DNA from: Desulfosoma sp.
Lineage (GTDB): Bacteria; Desulfobacterota; Syntrophobacteria; Syntrophobacterales; DSM-9756
Reading direction: 5' to 3'
DNA: 64,000 nt
Assembly: GCA_037481835.1 (NCBI GenBank)
Contig: JBBFKW010000008.1
Coordinates: 32,001-96,000 of the forward strand
Shown here: piece by piece, positions 1-9,646 of the stretch
How positions within the stretch are numbered: position 1 is the first letter of the stretch
Layout of the letters: the number at the start of each line of letters is the position of its first letter
The notes under the pieces: model-generated
The model's database searches: none
What the model saw: only the letters and a program-made list of their open reading frames with translations
Told to the model about the DNA's origin: nothing
Position numbers and translations under genes: made by a program

Positions 1-111
1 TTCCACTTGTGGGCCGGAGGTTGGAAGACATCTCCGCCCTGTTACCCTCTCCCCTCCCCCAAGGGGGAGTGGAAATCTCTTGCCTGAGTGGCTTCTCTTC
101 TCAAAACCGCC

Positions 112-444
112 CTATTGTGATGCAGGGCGGGAATCGTTCGCCGGGCCTGTTTCAGCCAGGCGGTAAGCAAAGTAGGCGCCCCTTTTTTCCCCTTCCGCGA
201 GCAGGCCGTACTTTTTCAGCGAGGCCGTCCACCATAGGACCTCATGGGCGGGCAGGCCGGTCGCTTCCGCCATCTCCGGCACCGTTTTCGCTCCACTGCG
301 AAGCGCCTCCGTCAGGGCCGCAATAATTTTCTTTTGCGCCTTCACGTCCGCCGTGACGCGCTGCACGGTGTCCTTGCGAAGAGCCCGCATTCGTTTAAGG
401 ATTTCCCTGTGCGCTGACTTTTTCGAAACCTGTTCCCCTTCCAT
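112..444 (-). CDS. Small winged helix-turn-helix protein, last gene of the hdrA-like operon
   Basis: GAKTVPEMAEATGLPAHEVLWWTASLKKYGLL looks like a wHTH; AAGGA SD before ATG at 444. Confidence 0.7.
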   Translation of the reverse strand: MEGEQVSKKSAHREILKRMRALRKDTVQRVTADVKAQKKIIAALTEALRSGAKTVPEMAEATGLPAHEVLWWTASLKKYGLLAEGEKRGAYFAYRLAETGPANDSRPASQ

Positions 445-486
445 GGTTTTATCCTTTTGCGTTTTTCGAAAAATTTTCCGCACACG

Positions 487-2409
487 TTACGCCGCCTGGT
501 CCGAGACGATGGCATCCACCATGGCTTCAAACTGGGCCAACGTGGAGCCCTTGACCTGGATGGCGCCTGTAGGGCACACGGCGACGCATGCGCCGCAGCC
601 GAGGCAGAGCGCGGAAACCACTTGAGCCCGGCGCACCGTCCGGCCGTCTTTTTCCGTTTCCACCATGCGGATGGCCCCGTCCCGCAGGCAGGCGTCCACG
701 CAGGCCCCCGTGCCTTCGCATTTTTCCGGGTCAACTTCCGCGACGAAAGGATCCAGTTGGACGGAGCCTTTGGCCAGAAGCACGGCGGCCTTTGAGGCCG
801 CCGCAGAAGCGGCGTTGCACGATTCGCCGATATCCATGGGCGCCTGGCAGGTCCCGGCGAGCAAAAGACCGGCGGTCGCCAGTTCCACGGGCCGCAGCTT
901 GGGATGCACTTCCAACAAGAAGCCGTCCGCGCCCACGGGAAGCTTCATCATGTCCACGAGATCCCCGATATCCGAGGGTTCCATGCCCACGGCGAGGACG
1001 ACCAGGTCGGCGGGGATTTCCACCTCTTCGCCGAATGTCAGAGTGTCTTGAACACGAACGACGATGGGAAACGGGAAGGTGCCCTCGGAGCGTTCCACCC
1101 GGGGCGGGTTTTCGGGTTCGAACCTCAGGAAGAGAACCTTGTTGCGCGCCGCCTGCTGGTAAAGCTCCTCCTGTCCTCGGCCGTAAGCTCGAATGTCCCG
1201 GTACAATTCAAACACCCGCGTGCCGGGAAAACGTTCCCGAACCTGGTTGGCGGCGAAAAGGGTCGCCGAACAACACGTGCGCGAACAGTACTCGTTCAGG
1301 CGCCCGGAGGCGTTTTCCTCATGAATGCCGGGAATCTGGCGGCTTCCCACGCAGTGGATCATGGCGATGCTGCGGATGGGCCGTCCCCTGAAGGTCAAGA
1401 GGGCACCGGAGGGGTCGGCGTCCCGGAGAGCCTCGACGAATTCGGGAAGTGTGATCACTTCCGGGAATTCTTCATAGCCGTATTCTCCCCGGCGCGGCGT
1501 GTAGGGCTTGAATCCGGTGGCGAGAACCACAACGCCGGTTTCCACGCGAAACCGGTTCTTGGCCTTCGGAGCGGGGCGGATCAGGGCGCCTTTGGACGGA
1601 ACGTAGACGGGACCGTTTCCGGTCAAGGCCTCTTCGGCACGGCGCAGGGTGTCGTCCGCTTCCTGAAGTGGTGCCGTTTCCACCTCCAGCGAGAAGTTCC
1701 CGACGTAGCCTTCAAAGCCCACGATGCGCGCACAGGGATGAAAGGCGATGGAGCCGTGTTCTGAAATGCGCCGGGCCAGGGACAGGATGAGTTCGCAGGC
1801 CGGCTCGCCCGTCGGGGCCACACGGTCCAGGGCCGCCGTGCGGCCGCCCATCCACGGCGTTTTTTCCAAGAGATCCACGGCAAACCCTCTTTCCGCAAGA
1901 TCCAGGGCTGCGCGCATGCCGGCGATCCCCGCCCCGATCACCGTCGCGTGCTGTTTCGCCTCCACCCGCAGCGGTTCCAGGGCTTCCAGCCGACGTGCTT
2001 TGGCGGCCGCCGCCGCGATGAGTGTGAAGGCCTTGTCCGTGGCGGCATCCCCGTGATGCACCCAGCTTACCTGTTCCCGGATGTTTGCGTGTTCGTACAC
2101 GTAGGGGTTGACCCCGGCCCGTTCCAGGACGCGCCGGAACGTCGTCTCATGGAGGCTCGGCGAGCAGGAAGCCACCACCACCCGGTCCACGAGGCCTTGT
2201 TTCAGGTCGTCCAAGATGAGTTCCTGGCCTGGGTCGGAACACATGAACATGTTGCGCCGAGCCGTCACCACCCCCGGGATGCTCTGCGCCCTCTCACAGA
2301 GGGCCTCCACATCCACATGATCCGAAATGTTTCCGCCGCAATGGCAGATATAGACGCCCACACGCGCTTCTTTCGCCTCGTTCGGGGACGGTTTGTCACG
2401 ATTTTCCAT
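487..2409 (-). CDS. hdrA: Heterodisulfide reductase subunit A-like flavoprotein (N-terminal domain, FAD domain, C-terminal ferredoxin)
   Basis: GVYICHCGGNI, MCSDPGQ, VASCSP, VIGAGIAG, IHCVGSRQ...YCSRTCC, CLGCGACVAVCP; GGAGA SD before ATG 2409. Confidence 0.9.
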   Translation of the reverse strand: MENRDKPSPNEAKEARVGVYICHCGGNISDHVDVEALCERAQSIPGVVTARRNMFMCSDPGQELILDDLKQGLVDRVVVASCSPSLHETTFRRVLERAGVNPYVYEHANIREQVSWVHHGDAATDKAFTLIAAAAAKARRLEALEPLRVEAKQHATVIGAGIAGMRAALDLAERGFAVDLLEKTPWMGGRTAALDRVAPTGEPACELILSLARRISEHGSIAFHPCARIVGFEGYVGNFSLEVETAPLQEADDTLRRAEEALTGNGPVYVPSKGALIRPAPKAKNRFRVETGVVVLATGFKPYTPRRGEYGYEEFPEVITLPEFVEALRDADPSGALLTFRGRPIRSIAMIHCVGSRQIPGIHEENASGRLNEYCSRTCCSATLFAANQVRERFPGTRVFELYRDIRAYGRGQEELYQQAARNKVLFLRFEPENPPRVERSEGTFPFPIVVRVQDTLTFGEEVEIPADLVVLAVGMEPSDIGDLVDMMKLPVGADGFLLEVHPKLRPVELATAGLLLAGTCQAPMDIGESCNAASAAASKAAVLLAKGSVQLDPFVAEVDPEKCEGTGACVDACLRDGAIRMVETEKDGRTVRRAQVVSALCLGCGACVAVCPTGAIQVKGSTLAQFEAMVDAIVSDQAA

Positions 2410-2443
2410 GGACATTCTCCTTGGAAACCGGCGGTGCGGCGGC

Positions 2444-3754
2444 TCAGGCTGCACGCCCCGCCACCTTCTTGCGCCCGGCCAGATAGGTCGCCGCATGCAT
2501 GGCGGCGGCGCTCGCCTCCGCAATGCTGTCCACAATATCCTTGGGGCCTGCCGCCGCGCCGGCGGCAAAGATGCCCGCCTCACCCGTCCAGGTCGGGGCG
2601 AGCTTGGGTTCGGGGCCTGAGATGAAGCCGTCGGATCCCGTCATGATGGGCGCCCGACCCGCCGGGTTCCACCCGGGAACCTTTCCGAGGGACAAGACCA
2701 CAAGATCATGGGACGCCGCACTCACGCCGCCGTCCATCTGATCTTCGTATCGCACGGTCACGGAACCGTCTTCGCCCGGTTCGATCAAGGCTACCTTGGC
2801 CTTGACGAAGCGGATACCCATGGCCTGCGCGTTTTGGAAAAACTGCTCGTAGTTCTTCCCGAAGGCGCGGATGTCCATGTAATAGATGGTAATGTCCGCA
2901 AGGGGGAGCGCCCCGGAAAGGAGCATGGCCTGCTTGATGGCATACATGCAGCACACCCTGGAACAATACGGAATCCCGAGGCTTTTGTCCCGCGATCCGG
3001 CGCACTGGACGAAGGCGATGGAATCGGGTTCCCTGCCGTCGGATGGACGGAGCACTCGGTTGTACGGCCCGTGGGGCGCCAAGAGCCGCTCCATCTGGAG
3101 CGCCGTGATGACATTGGGGACCGCGCCCCTGCCGTACTGGGCCTTGTCCTCCAGGGGGGTCACGGAAAAGCCCGTGGCGACGACAGCCGCGATGGCTTCG
3201 ATGACGAGAGTGCGGGGTTCCTGGTCGTAGCGCACGGCGTCGGTGGGGCACACCGTCGCGCAGGTGCCGCACAGCATGCAGTGGTCCGGATCCATGACGG
3301 CGATTTGAGGAACCGCGTTGGAAAAGGGGACGCAAATGGCTTTTCGGGCGGCGAAGTTGCCCTGGTCCGGGTCGGGCACGTAAACCGGGCAGTGGTATTC
3401 GCATTGGCGACACCCGATGCAGCGCGTCTCGTCCACATAGCGGGGTTTTTTCCGCACCTGAGCCCGGATCATGCCCGATGCGTCCCTTTGTAGAGTTTCC
3501 AGCTCGCAGTAAGTGAAGAGCGTGATCTTTTCGTGGTGCGCCGCCGCGGCCATTTTGGGGGTCGTGATGCAGCTGGCGCAGTCCAGAGTGGGAAAAACCT
3601 TGGACAGGCGGATCATGGTGCCGCCGATGGTCGCGTCCTTTTCCACGACGGCCACCGAATAGTCCTGGTCCGCCAGGTCCAGCGCCGCCTGAAGACCGGC
3701 GATCCCTCCTCCGATCACGAGCGCATCGAAGCGATGGGTTTCATGCGATGCCAT
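2444..3754 (-). CDS. hdrA: Heterodisulfide reductase subunit A-like flavoprotein (FAD domain with inserted 2x[4Fe-4S] ferredoxin)
   Basis: VIGGGIAG, KVFPTLDCASCI, CIGCRQCEYHCP, CMLCGTCATVCP, VQCAGSRD...YCSRVCCMY. Confidence 0.9.
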   Translation of the reverse strand: MASHETHRFDALVIGGGIAGLQAALDLADQDYSVAVVEKDATIGGTMIRLSKVFPTLDCASCITTPKMAAAAHHEKITLFTYCELETLQRDASGMIRAQVRKKPRYVDETRCIGCRQCEYHCPVYVPDPDQGNFAARKAICVPFSNAVPQIAVMDPDHCMLCGTCATVCPTDAVRYDQEPRTLVIEAIAAVVATGFSVTPLEDKAQYGRGAVPNVITALQMERLLAPHGPYNRVLRPSDGREPDSIAFVQCAGSRDKSLGIPYCSRVCCMYAIKQAMLLSGALPLADITIYYMDIRAFGKNYEQFFQNAQAMGIRFVKAKVALIEPGEDGSVTVRYEDQMDGGVSAASHDLVVLSLGKVPGWNPAGRAPIMTGSDGFISGPEPKLAPTWTGEAGIFAAGAAAGPKDIVDSIAEASAAAMHAATYLAGRKKVAGRAA

Positions 3755-3766
3755 AAGGGTCCTTTC

Positions 3767-4225
3767 CTACGCCGTCATCGCCCGGGGCGTCTCAGCACCC
3801 GGCGTCGTGGGCGGGCTTTCCGTGCCCGGCGGTCCCAGCTCCTGGACGAGGGCGTGCATCTGCTTCACTTCGTTGACGAAGGCCCGGGTGCACACGGTGC
3901 AGATGGACGTCAGCCGCAGGCGCCGAATGTCCAGGCCGCGTTCCTTCATGATCTGGTAGACGCGGTCGATGCACTTGGCCAAGGCCTCGTAGGCTCCCTC
4001 GTAAGGGCATTCCACCCCGCAGCTCATGACGATGATCCCGGCAATGCCCTTGGCGAAACAGTCCAGATAGAACTTTTCCGGGAAGAGCACCGGAGCCTTC
4101 ACCTTGATGATGTAGGTGTTGGCGGGGTAGCTCATGTGCGCCTGCCCGACGGCATCGGCCCCCGGGTAGGCGCAGCTTTCCGTCGCCAAAATCAGGATCT
4201 TTCCCTTATAGGGCGCGGTGTCCAT
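3767..4225 (-). CDS. mvhD: MvhD/FlpD-like iron-sulfur subunit (divergent)
   Basis: CAYPGADAVG...YP, GIIVMSCGVECPY, GLDIRRLRL; adjacent to hdrA. Confidence 0.8.
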   Translation of the reverse strand: MDTAPYKGKILILATESCAYPGADAVGQAHMSYPANTYIIKVKAPVLFPEKFYLDCFAKGIAGIIVMSCGVECPYEGAYEALAKCIDRVYQIMKERGLDIRRLRLTSICTVCTRAFVNEVKQMHALVQELGPPGTESPPTTPGAETPRAMTA

Positions 4226-4237
4226 GACGTATCCCCG

Positions 4238-4492
4238 TTACTTCTTGCGCATGACGAAGATGCGCTCGTAGCCGTCGGCGGGAAGATGCCCCAAGTACTC
4301 GTGCCCCACCTTTTTCGCCCAGACGGGGATGTCGTTTTTCGTGCCCGGATCGTTGGAAAGGATTTCCAAAACATCGCCGACCTTGACCTTGCCAATGGCC
4401 TTCTTGGCTTCCAAAAGGGGGCCCGGGCAGGCGCTGCCTCGAGCGTCCACAACCGAGGCGGGCTGAAGGTTTTGCAGATCCATGGATGTCAT
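4238..4492 (-). CDS. tusA: TusA/SirA-family sulfur carrier protein
   Basis: DARGSACPGP signature, GDVLEILSNDPG, DIPVWAKKVGH; AGGAG SD before ATG 4492. Confidence 0.9.
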   Translation of the reverse strand: MTSMDLQNLQPASVVDARGSACPGPLLEAKKAIGKVKVGDVLEILSNDPGTKNDIPVWAKKVGHEYLGHLPADGYERIFVMRKK

Positions 4493-4840
4493 CGTCTTGC
4501 TCCTTTTGCTCATGGGCTCACATCGATGTTTTCCAAAACCGTCGCCCACACTCAGGGCAAAGCCCGTGCCAGGCGGGTCTTTCCCCATAAGGGGCGCCGT
4601 TTCCCAAGGATCCGCCGGCTTTGCCTCCCCCCATCCCCCCATGCCGCTTGCGCCTTCGAAAAAGGCGCGGGGCCGCACTCCCCATGGAACGCGCCCCTGG
4701 GGAACAGTGTGTTAAAGTCTGAACAGATGTTTTGTTCATGATTAAACAGGCGCTAAATTTTGGGGGCACACAAGGGGGGATGCATTTTATCGAGGCGTCA
4801 TTATTCAACTTATGGCACAAGAGGGAGGAGGCCCTAGGGT

Positions 4841-4858
4841 TCGGCAAGATTGTTGCTT
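4841..4858 (+). promoter_or_regulatory. Putative sigma54 -24/-12 promoter for the dsrE-like gene
   Basis: TCGGCAAGATTGTTGCTT, with GG(4843-4844)-N10-GC(4855-4856) and TTGC at -12. Confidence 0.5.
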
Positions 4859-4960
4859 AAGGGGGTGTCCCTTGAGCGTCGGGAGGCCCCGGGCGGTGCT
4901 GGAGGCGGCCGCACGGGGGTTGGGTCGGGATCCATTTGTCGAGAGGAAAGGAGAAAGGCC

Positions 4961-5320
4961 ATGAAGTTATGTTTTGTCATTTCCATCGGATTCGAGCGGT
5001 CGGGGTCTGCGACGCGGGCCATGCAGTTTGCAAGCATCGCCGCCGAGCAAGGGCATCACGTGGAGGTCTTCCTCATCGACGATGCCATTCATTGGGCGCA
5101 GATCGGCATGGCGGAAGGGATCCGCTCTTCGACGGGCGAGCACATGAAAGACCTTCTGGACACCCTCATCGCCCGAAAAACCCCCATTCACGTGTGCAAG
5201 GCCTGTGCGGACAAGCGGTTGGTCTCGCCCGATGACCTCATCGCAGGGGCGGTCATTTCGCCGGCACCGGTCCTTGTAAAGATGATCGGCGATCCCGAGT
5301 ACAAGGTCCTGACTTTTTAG
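4961..5320 (+). CDS. DsrE/DsrF-like family protein
   Basis: A..AAEQGHHVEVFLIDDAI, IHVCKACADKR; AGGAG SD. Confidence 0.85.
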   Translation: MKLCFVISIGFERSGSATRAMQFASIAAEQGHHVEVFLIDDAIHWAQIGMAEGIRSSTGEHMKDLLDTLIARKTPIHVCKACADKRLVSPDDLIAGAVISPAPVLVKMIGDPEYKVLTF

Positions 5321-5533
5321 AATTTCCAAAATCATCCGGGACCGGCGCCTTCGGGCCTGGCGGGTCTCACCGTCGCCCGAAGGGCGCCGAGTCCGGCAGC
5401 CGAGTAGATTTGGATGCCCGAAGGGTTAGCCGTGAAATTGTCGGCATTAGGGGTTTGCTGTGCGATGAAATTTTGCCATTATGGGGGAGCGTCTTTTGAG
5501 CGCAGTGACCGCTGAGGGCGGGAGGATACGACA

Positions 5534-6283
5534 ATGCACCGAGTTTCTCATTCCTTTTTGTCAAGGATCTCCGCTGCCGCCATGGCGGCGGTCGTGCTTT
5601 TCGCCATGGCGCCGGAAAGCCGTGCCGCCGACAACGCCCCCCTTCAAAAACTCGTCGCCAACATCCATTGGCTGGGCCACGACGCCTTTCGCATCGACGG
5701 CAACGATGCGGTCATCTACATCGACCCCTACCGGCTCAAGGGCGGCCCTGCGGCCGACTTGATCCTCGTCACACACGATCACGCCGACCACGCATCCCCG
5801 GCTGATGTGGAAAAGATCCGCAAGGCGGATACGGTCATCGTGACCACGGCCGCTGCGGCATCGAAATTTTCCGGAGAGGTCCGAACGGTCAAACCCGGCG
5901 ATGAAATCAGCGTGAAAGGGGTCGGCATCCGTGCCGTTGCGGCCTACAACCTCACCAAGTTTCGAAGTCCGGGAGTGCCCTTTCATCCCAAGGAAGCCGG
6001 CCACGTGGGGTTCGTCGTCACGGTGGACGGGGTCCGGATCTATCATGCCGGAGATACGGACCTCATTCCGGAAATGGCGGGACTCGCCCCGGATGTGGCG
6101 CTCCTTCCGGTAAGCGGCACCTACGTGATGACCGCAGAGGAGGCCGTGGAAGCGGCGGCATCCATCGGCCCGAAGGTGGCCGTCCCGATGCATGTGGGGG
6201 AAGGGATCGGTACCTTGGAAGATGCCGCACGTTTTAAGTCCAAGGCCGGCGTTCCCGTGATCGTTCTTCCCATGGAAAAATGA
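5534..6283 (+). CDS. Metallo-beta-lactamase-fold hydrolase with N-terminal signal peptide
   Basis: WLGH, IYIDPY, THDHADH, YHAGDT, VPMH; hydrophobic N-terminus ending SRA-A. Confidence 0.85.
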   Translation: MHRVSHSFLSRISAAAMAAVVLFAMAPESRAADNAPLQKLVANIHWLGHDAFRIDGNDAVIYIDPYRLKGGPAADLILVTHDHADHASPADVEKIRKADTVIVTTAAAASKFSGEVRTVKPGDEISVKGVGIRAVAAYNLTKFRSPGVPFHPKEAGHVGFVVTVDGVRIYHAGDTDLIPEMAGLAPDVALLPVSGTYVMTAEEAVEAAASIGPKVAVPMHVGEGIGTLEDAARFKSKAGVPVIVLPMEK

Positions 6284-6298
6284 CCCAAGGAGCCTCCC

Positions 6299-7411
6299 AT
6301 GACGAGCCGAGGATTTTCCGGAAAATTGCTCGAACCTTTTCCCCTGGGCGACTTGGCGCTCAAGAACCGAGTGGTCATGGCGCCCATGACGCGGTCCCGG
6401 GCCGGCGAAGAACGTCGCGCCAATCCTCTCATGGCCGAATACTACGCCCAACGGGCTTCAGCGGGCCTGATCATTACGGAAGCGACGGTTGTTTCCAAGC
6501 AAGGCATCGGCTGGCTGAACACCCCCGGCTTGTATCATAACGAGCAGGCCCTTGCGTGGCGGCTCGTCACGGATGCCGTGCACGCCCACGGAACGCCCAT
6601 CTTTGTGCAGCTTTGGCATTGCGGGCGAGCGTCCCACAGCAGCTTTCAGGAAAACGGCGCCCTTCCGGTCGCCCCGTCGGCCGTCAAGCTGAACGGCGAC
6701 ACCCTTCGCACGCCCATCGGCAAACAGCCTTATGAAACCCCGAGGGCTTTGGAGACGGAGGAAATTCCAGGCATTGTGGAAGACTATCGAAAAGCGGCCG
6801 AACGGGCCAAGGAGGCCGGCTTCGACGGGGTGGAAATCCATGCCGCAAACGGCTACCTCATCGACCAGTTCCTCCAATCGCGCACCAATCACCGCACGGA
6901 TCGCTACGGCGGCAGCGTGGAAAACCGATACCGGTTCCTGGACGAGGTGGTTCGCGCGATCCTGACGGTTTGGCCCTCCTGGCGCGTCGGGGTGCGCCTC
7001 TCTCCCAACGGCGTCTTCAACGACATGGGATCCCCGGATTTCCGGGAAACTTTTCTCTACGCCGCGCGACAGCTCGATTCCCTGAACCTCGCTTACCTCC
7101 ACATCGTCGACGGGTTGGCTTTCGGCTTCCACGGCCTTGGCGATCCGATCACACTGCAGGAATGCCGCACCGTTTTTCGAGGCCCGCTCATGGGCAACTG
7201 CGGCTACACGCGCGAATCGGCGGACGCCGCCATCGCCGAAGGCCATGCGGATCTCATTTCCTTCGGCCGCCCGTATCTCAGCAATCCGGACCTGGTGGAA
7301 CGCTTCGCCAACAACTGGCCCCTGAATCCCGAGGCCGACCCTCGAGTGTGGTATTCCTTCGACGCCGTCGGCTACACGGACTTTCCCCGCTACGGGGAGG
7401 CCCACGCCTGA
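6299..7411 (+). CDS. nemA: Old Yellow Enzyme / NemA-like alkene reductase
   Basis: NRVVMAPMTRSRA, QLWHCGR, GFDGVEIHAANGYLIDQFL, GYTDFP. Confidence 0.9.
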   Translation: MTSRGFSGKLLEPFPLGDLALKNRVVMAPMTRSRAGEERRANPLMAEYYAQRASAGLIITEATVVSKQGIGWLNTPGLYHNEQALAWRLVTDAVHAHGTPIFVQLWHCGRASHSSFQENGALPVAPSAVKLNGDTLRTPIGKQPYETPRALETEEIPGIVEDYRKAAERAKEAGFDGVEIHAANGYLIDQFLQSRTNHRTDRYGGSVENRYRFLDEVVRAILTVWPSWRVGVRLSPNGVFNDMGSPDFRETFLYAARQLDSLNLAYLHIVDGLAFGFHGLGDPITLQECRTVFRGPLMGNCGYTRESADAAIAEGHADLISFGRPYLSNPDLVERFANNWPLNPEADPRVWYSFDAVGYTDFPRYGEAHA

Positions 7412-7448
7412 AAACAGGAGCCCCGACGTTTTTGCACATCCCGGGTTC

Positions 7449-8261
7449 TTATCCGTTCCGTGTCCCCTTCCCTTTTGATTTCCTGGGAAACCAGGGGATA
7501 AAGGTGGAGGTCCGTTCCACGTAGTCTCGGTATTCGGGACGGGTTTCGGTCAGGGTTCGCTCCAAGAGGGTGACGCCGGAGACGCGAAGCAAAAGGAACG
7601 TGATCAGGGCGGGAGAAACGAAGGTCCATCCGCCGCCGGGGACGGAGAGGGCGATGAGGAACATTCCCCACCAGACCAGGGTTTCTCCGAAATAATTGGG
7701 GTGGCGGCTGTAGGCCCAGAGGCCCCGATCCATGACCTTCCCTCTATTTGCCGGATCTTTTTTGAACCGCAGGAGCTGGTAATCGGCGATGCTTTCGATG
7801 ACGATCCCCGCCAGGGCGACGGATCCTCCCACCAGGTCCGTCATCGTCAGATGATCGGGATAGGGAACGAGGCACGCCCACTGGACCGGCAGGGCGATGA
7901 TCCACAGCAGGACCGCTTGCAAGCCGAAAACCGCAAAGAGGCTCACCCTGGGAAACGCCGCGCCGTGCTTTTCCCGCATGGCCCGGTAGCGCGGATCCTC
8001 TCCCTTTCCCCAGCTGCGGTAAGTGATGTGGGCACATAACCGAAGGCCCCACAGGGTGGTCAGCCCCACGACCAAAAGGGTGCGCCGCCCGTATCCGGGC
8101 CCCAAGAACGCCGCAACCCACGCCACGACGACGAATCCCAAACCCCAGAAACGATCGGCCAGAGAAGCGTTTTTTTTGATCACCGTGAAGGGCCACAAGC
8201 CGATCATGAGGATCAGCGCGGCCGCAAGCGATGAAGTGAAAACAAGGGTTACGGGCGCCAT
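7449..8261 (-). CDS. DUF1295 family (steroid 5-alpha-reductase-like) membrane protein
   Basis: GEDPRY, ADYQL..FK, GLWAYSRHPNYFGE, SGVTLLE; AAAGGAG SD. Confidence 0.85.
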   Translation of the reverse strand: MAPVTLVFTSSLAAALILMIGLWPFTVIKKNASLADRFWGLGFVVVAWVAAFLGPGYGRRTLLVVGLTTLWGLRLCAHITYRSWGKGEDPRYRAMREKHGAAFPRVSLFAVFGLQAVLLWIIALPVQWACLVPYPDHLTMTDLVGGSVALAGIVIESIADYQLLRFKKDPANRGKVMDRGLWAYSRHPNYFGETLVWWGMFLIALSVPGGGWTFVSPALITFLLLRVSGVTLLERTLTETRPEYRDYVERTSTFIPWFPRKSKGKGTRNG

Positions 8262-9646
8262 GGGCCGGAACTCCTTTCCGACAAAGCGCGGCGAAGCGCC
8301 GCGTGCGTTTTTCGATCCAGGGGATAGGCCCATGCCACGGCCATGGCAAAGGCGTTGCAAAGGCTCGGCACCAGGGCATACAGGAGGCGCAGCCGCACCA
8401 GGACCGGTTCGCTCTGCACCACGTTGGGTTCGTACCCGGCGTGGCCCAGAAGCATCAAGGCCGCTCCCACACCCACCGCCGCCGCCAGTTTCTTTGCAAC
8501 AGACCAAACGCCAATGTAAAACCCTTCCAGCCGCTCTCCGGTGAGCCACTGATGATAGTCGATGACGTCGGCCTGCATGGCAGACGGCAAAGCGACCGTC
8601 CCGCCGAAGCCCATGCCGGAGAGGAAAACCAGCCCGGCATAGAGCACCTCATCCCCGCGGCCGAGGAAAAAGACTCCCGCGAAGGCGCTCGTGTTGATCG
8701 CCATGGCGGCCATCCACGCTTCCTTCTTTCCGAAAGCGGTCGCCAATCGAATCCAGGCGGGAAGGAAGACGATCCCGGTCACGAAGTAGATCATGAGGTA
8801 CACATCGGCCTTGGCAGACCCCAAGACATACTGGACATAATAGAGAATCAAGGTTGCCGGCAGGTTGCTCCCGAAAGCACTCACCGTGTAAGCAAATAAG
8901 AGAATCACGAACGGACGGTTTTTGAGCGACGCTTTGAGGTTTTGCCGGAAGCTCAACGGAGCCGCAGGCCATGAGCCCAGGGGGTGTCTTTCGTGCACGC
9001 GTGTTGCGCACACGATGCACGCCGCAACGAGAAACGGGGCGTAGAGGGCTCCCATGAGCCGAAACGTGGTTCGCTCCCCTTCCCCAGTCTCCGGAAGCGG
9101 AAGGAAGGCCCCGAGCAGCGCCGGAAAAGCGGCCGCCATCAGGATGCCCGCAAGGACGAACCCGTCTCGAAGGCCGAGCAGGCGTGTTCTTTCGTCGTAG
9201 TCCAGAGTGATTTCAGGACCCAGGGCTTCATAAGGGACTTCCACGATCGTCCAGAAAAGAAAGACGGCGAAAACGCATATGGAGAACCACCATCGAAGGG
9301 GATCCCCGGACCATGCCGGGGGATGGAACAACCCCCAGAGGGACGCCGCCAGAGGAAAGGCTCCGAAAAGGATGTAGGGGCGTCGTCGTCCCAGGGACGT
9401 TCGAGTTCGGTCGGAAATCCAGCCGCATAGGGGATCGCTCAAGGCGTCGAAAAGCCGGACGGCCAGAAGGACCGATCCGGCGCTGGCCGCCGAAAGGCCC
9501 ATGACATCCGTGTAAAATTTAGGCATATAGACGTAGACGGGAATGCCCACGACGGCCAATGCGAGGGCCGGCAGAGCGTAGCTGATGCGCAAACCGAGGC
9601 GGACCCGCTCGGATGGGTCCACGGCAGAGGGAAGGGAGCGGTCCAT
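8249..9646 (-). CDS. MFS transporter, GPH/MelB-like family
   Basis: About 12 TM segments, RLFDALSDPLCGWISDRTRTSLGRRRPYI, VPYEALGPEITLDYDERTRL; start uncertain by about 25 nt. Confidence 0.85.
   Translation of the reverse strand: MDRSLPSAVDPSERVRLGLRISYALPALALAVVGIPVYVYMPKFYTDVMGLSAASAGSVLLAVRLFDALSDPLCGWISDRTRTSLGRRRPYILFGAFPLAASLWGLFHPPAWSGDPLRWWFSICVFAVFLFWTIVEVPYEALGPEITLDYDERTRLLGLRDGFVLAGILMAAAFPALLGAFLPLPETGEGERTTFRLMGALYAPFLVAACIVCATRVHERHPLGSWPAAPLSFRQNLKASLKNRPFVILLFAYTVSAFGSNLPATLILYYVQYVLGSAKADVYLMIYFVTGIVFLPAWIRLATAFGKKEAWMAAMAINTSAFAGVFFLGRGDEVLYAGLVFLSGMGFGGTVALPSAMQADVIDYHQWLTGERLEGFYIGVWSVAKKLAAAVGVGAALMLLGHAGYEPNVVQSEPVLVRLRLLYALVPSLCNAFAMAVAWAYPLDRKTHAALRRALSERSSGPWRP

Noticed and set aside
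487..4225. Selenocysteine recoding in hdrA/mvhD, prompted by selB in the window
   Set aside because: No in-frame internal TGA; the hdrA TGA stop at 2444-2446 is out of frame with the next hdrA, so no read-through fusion
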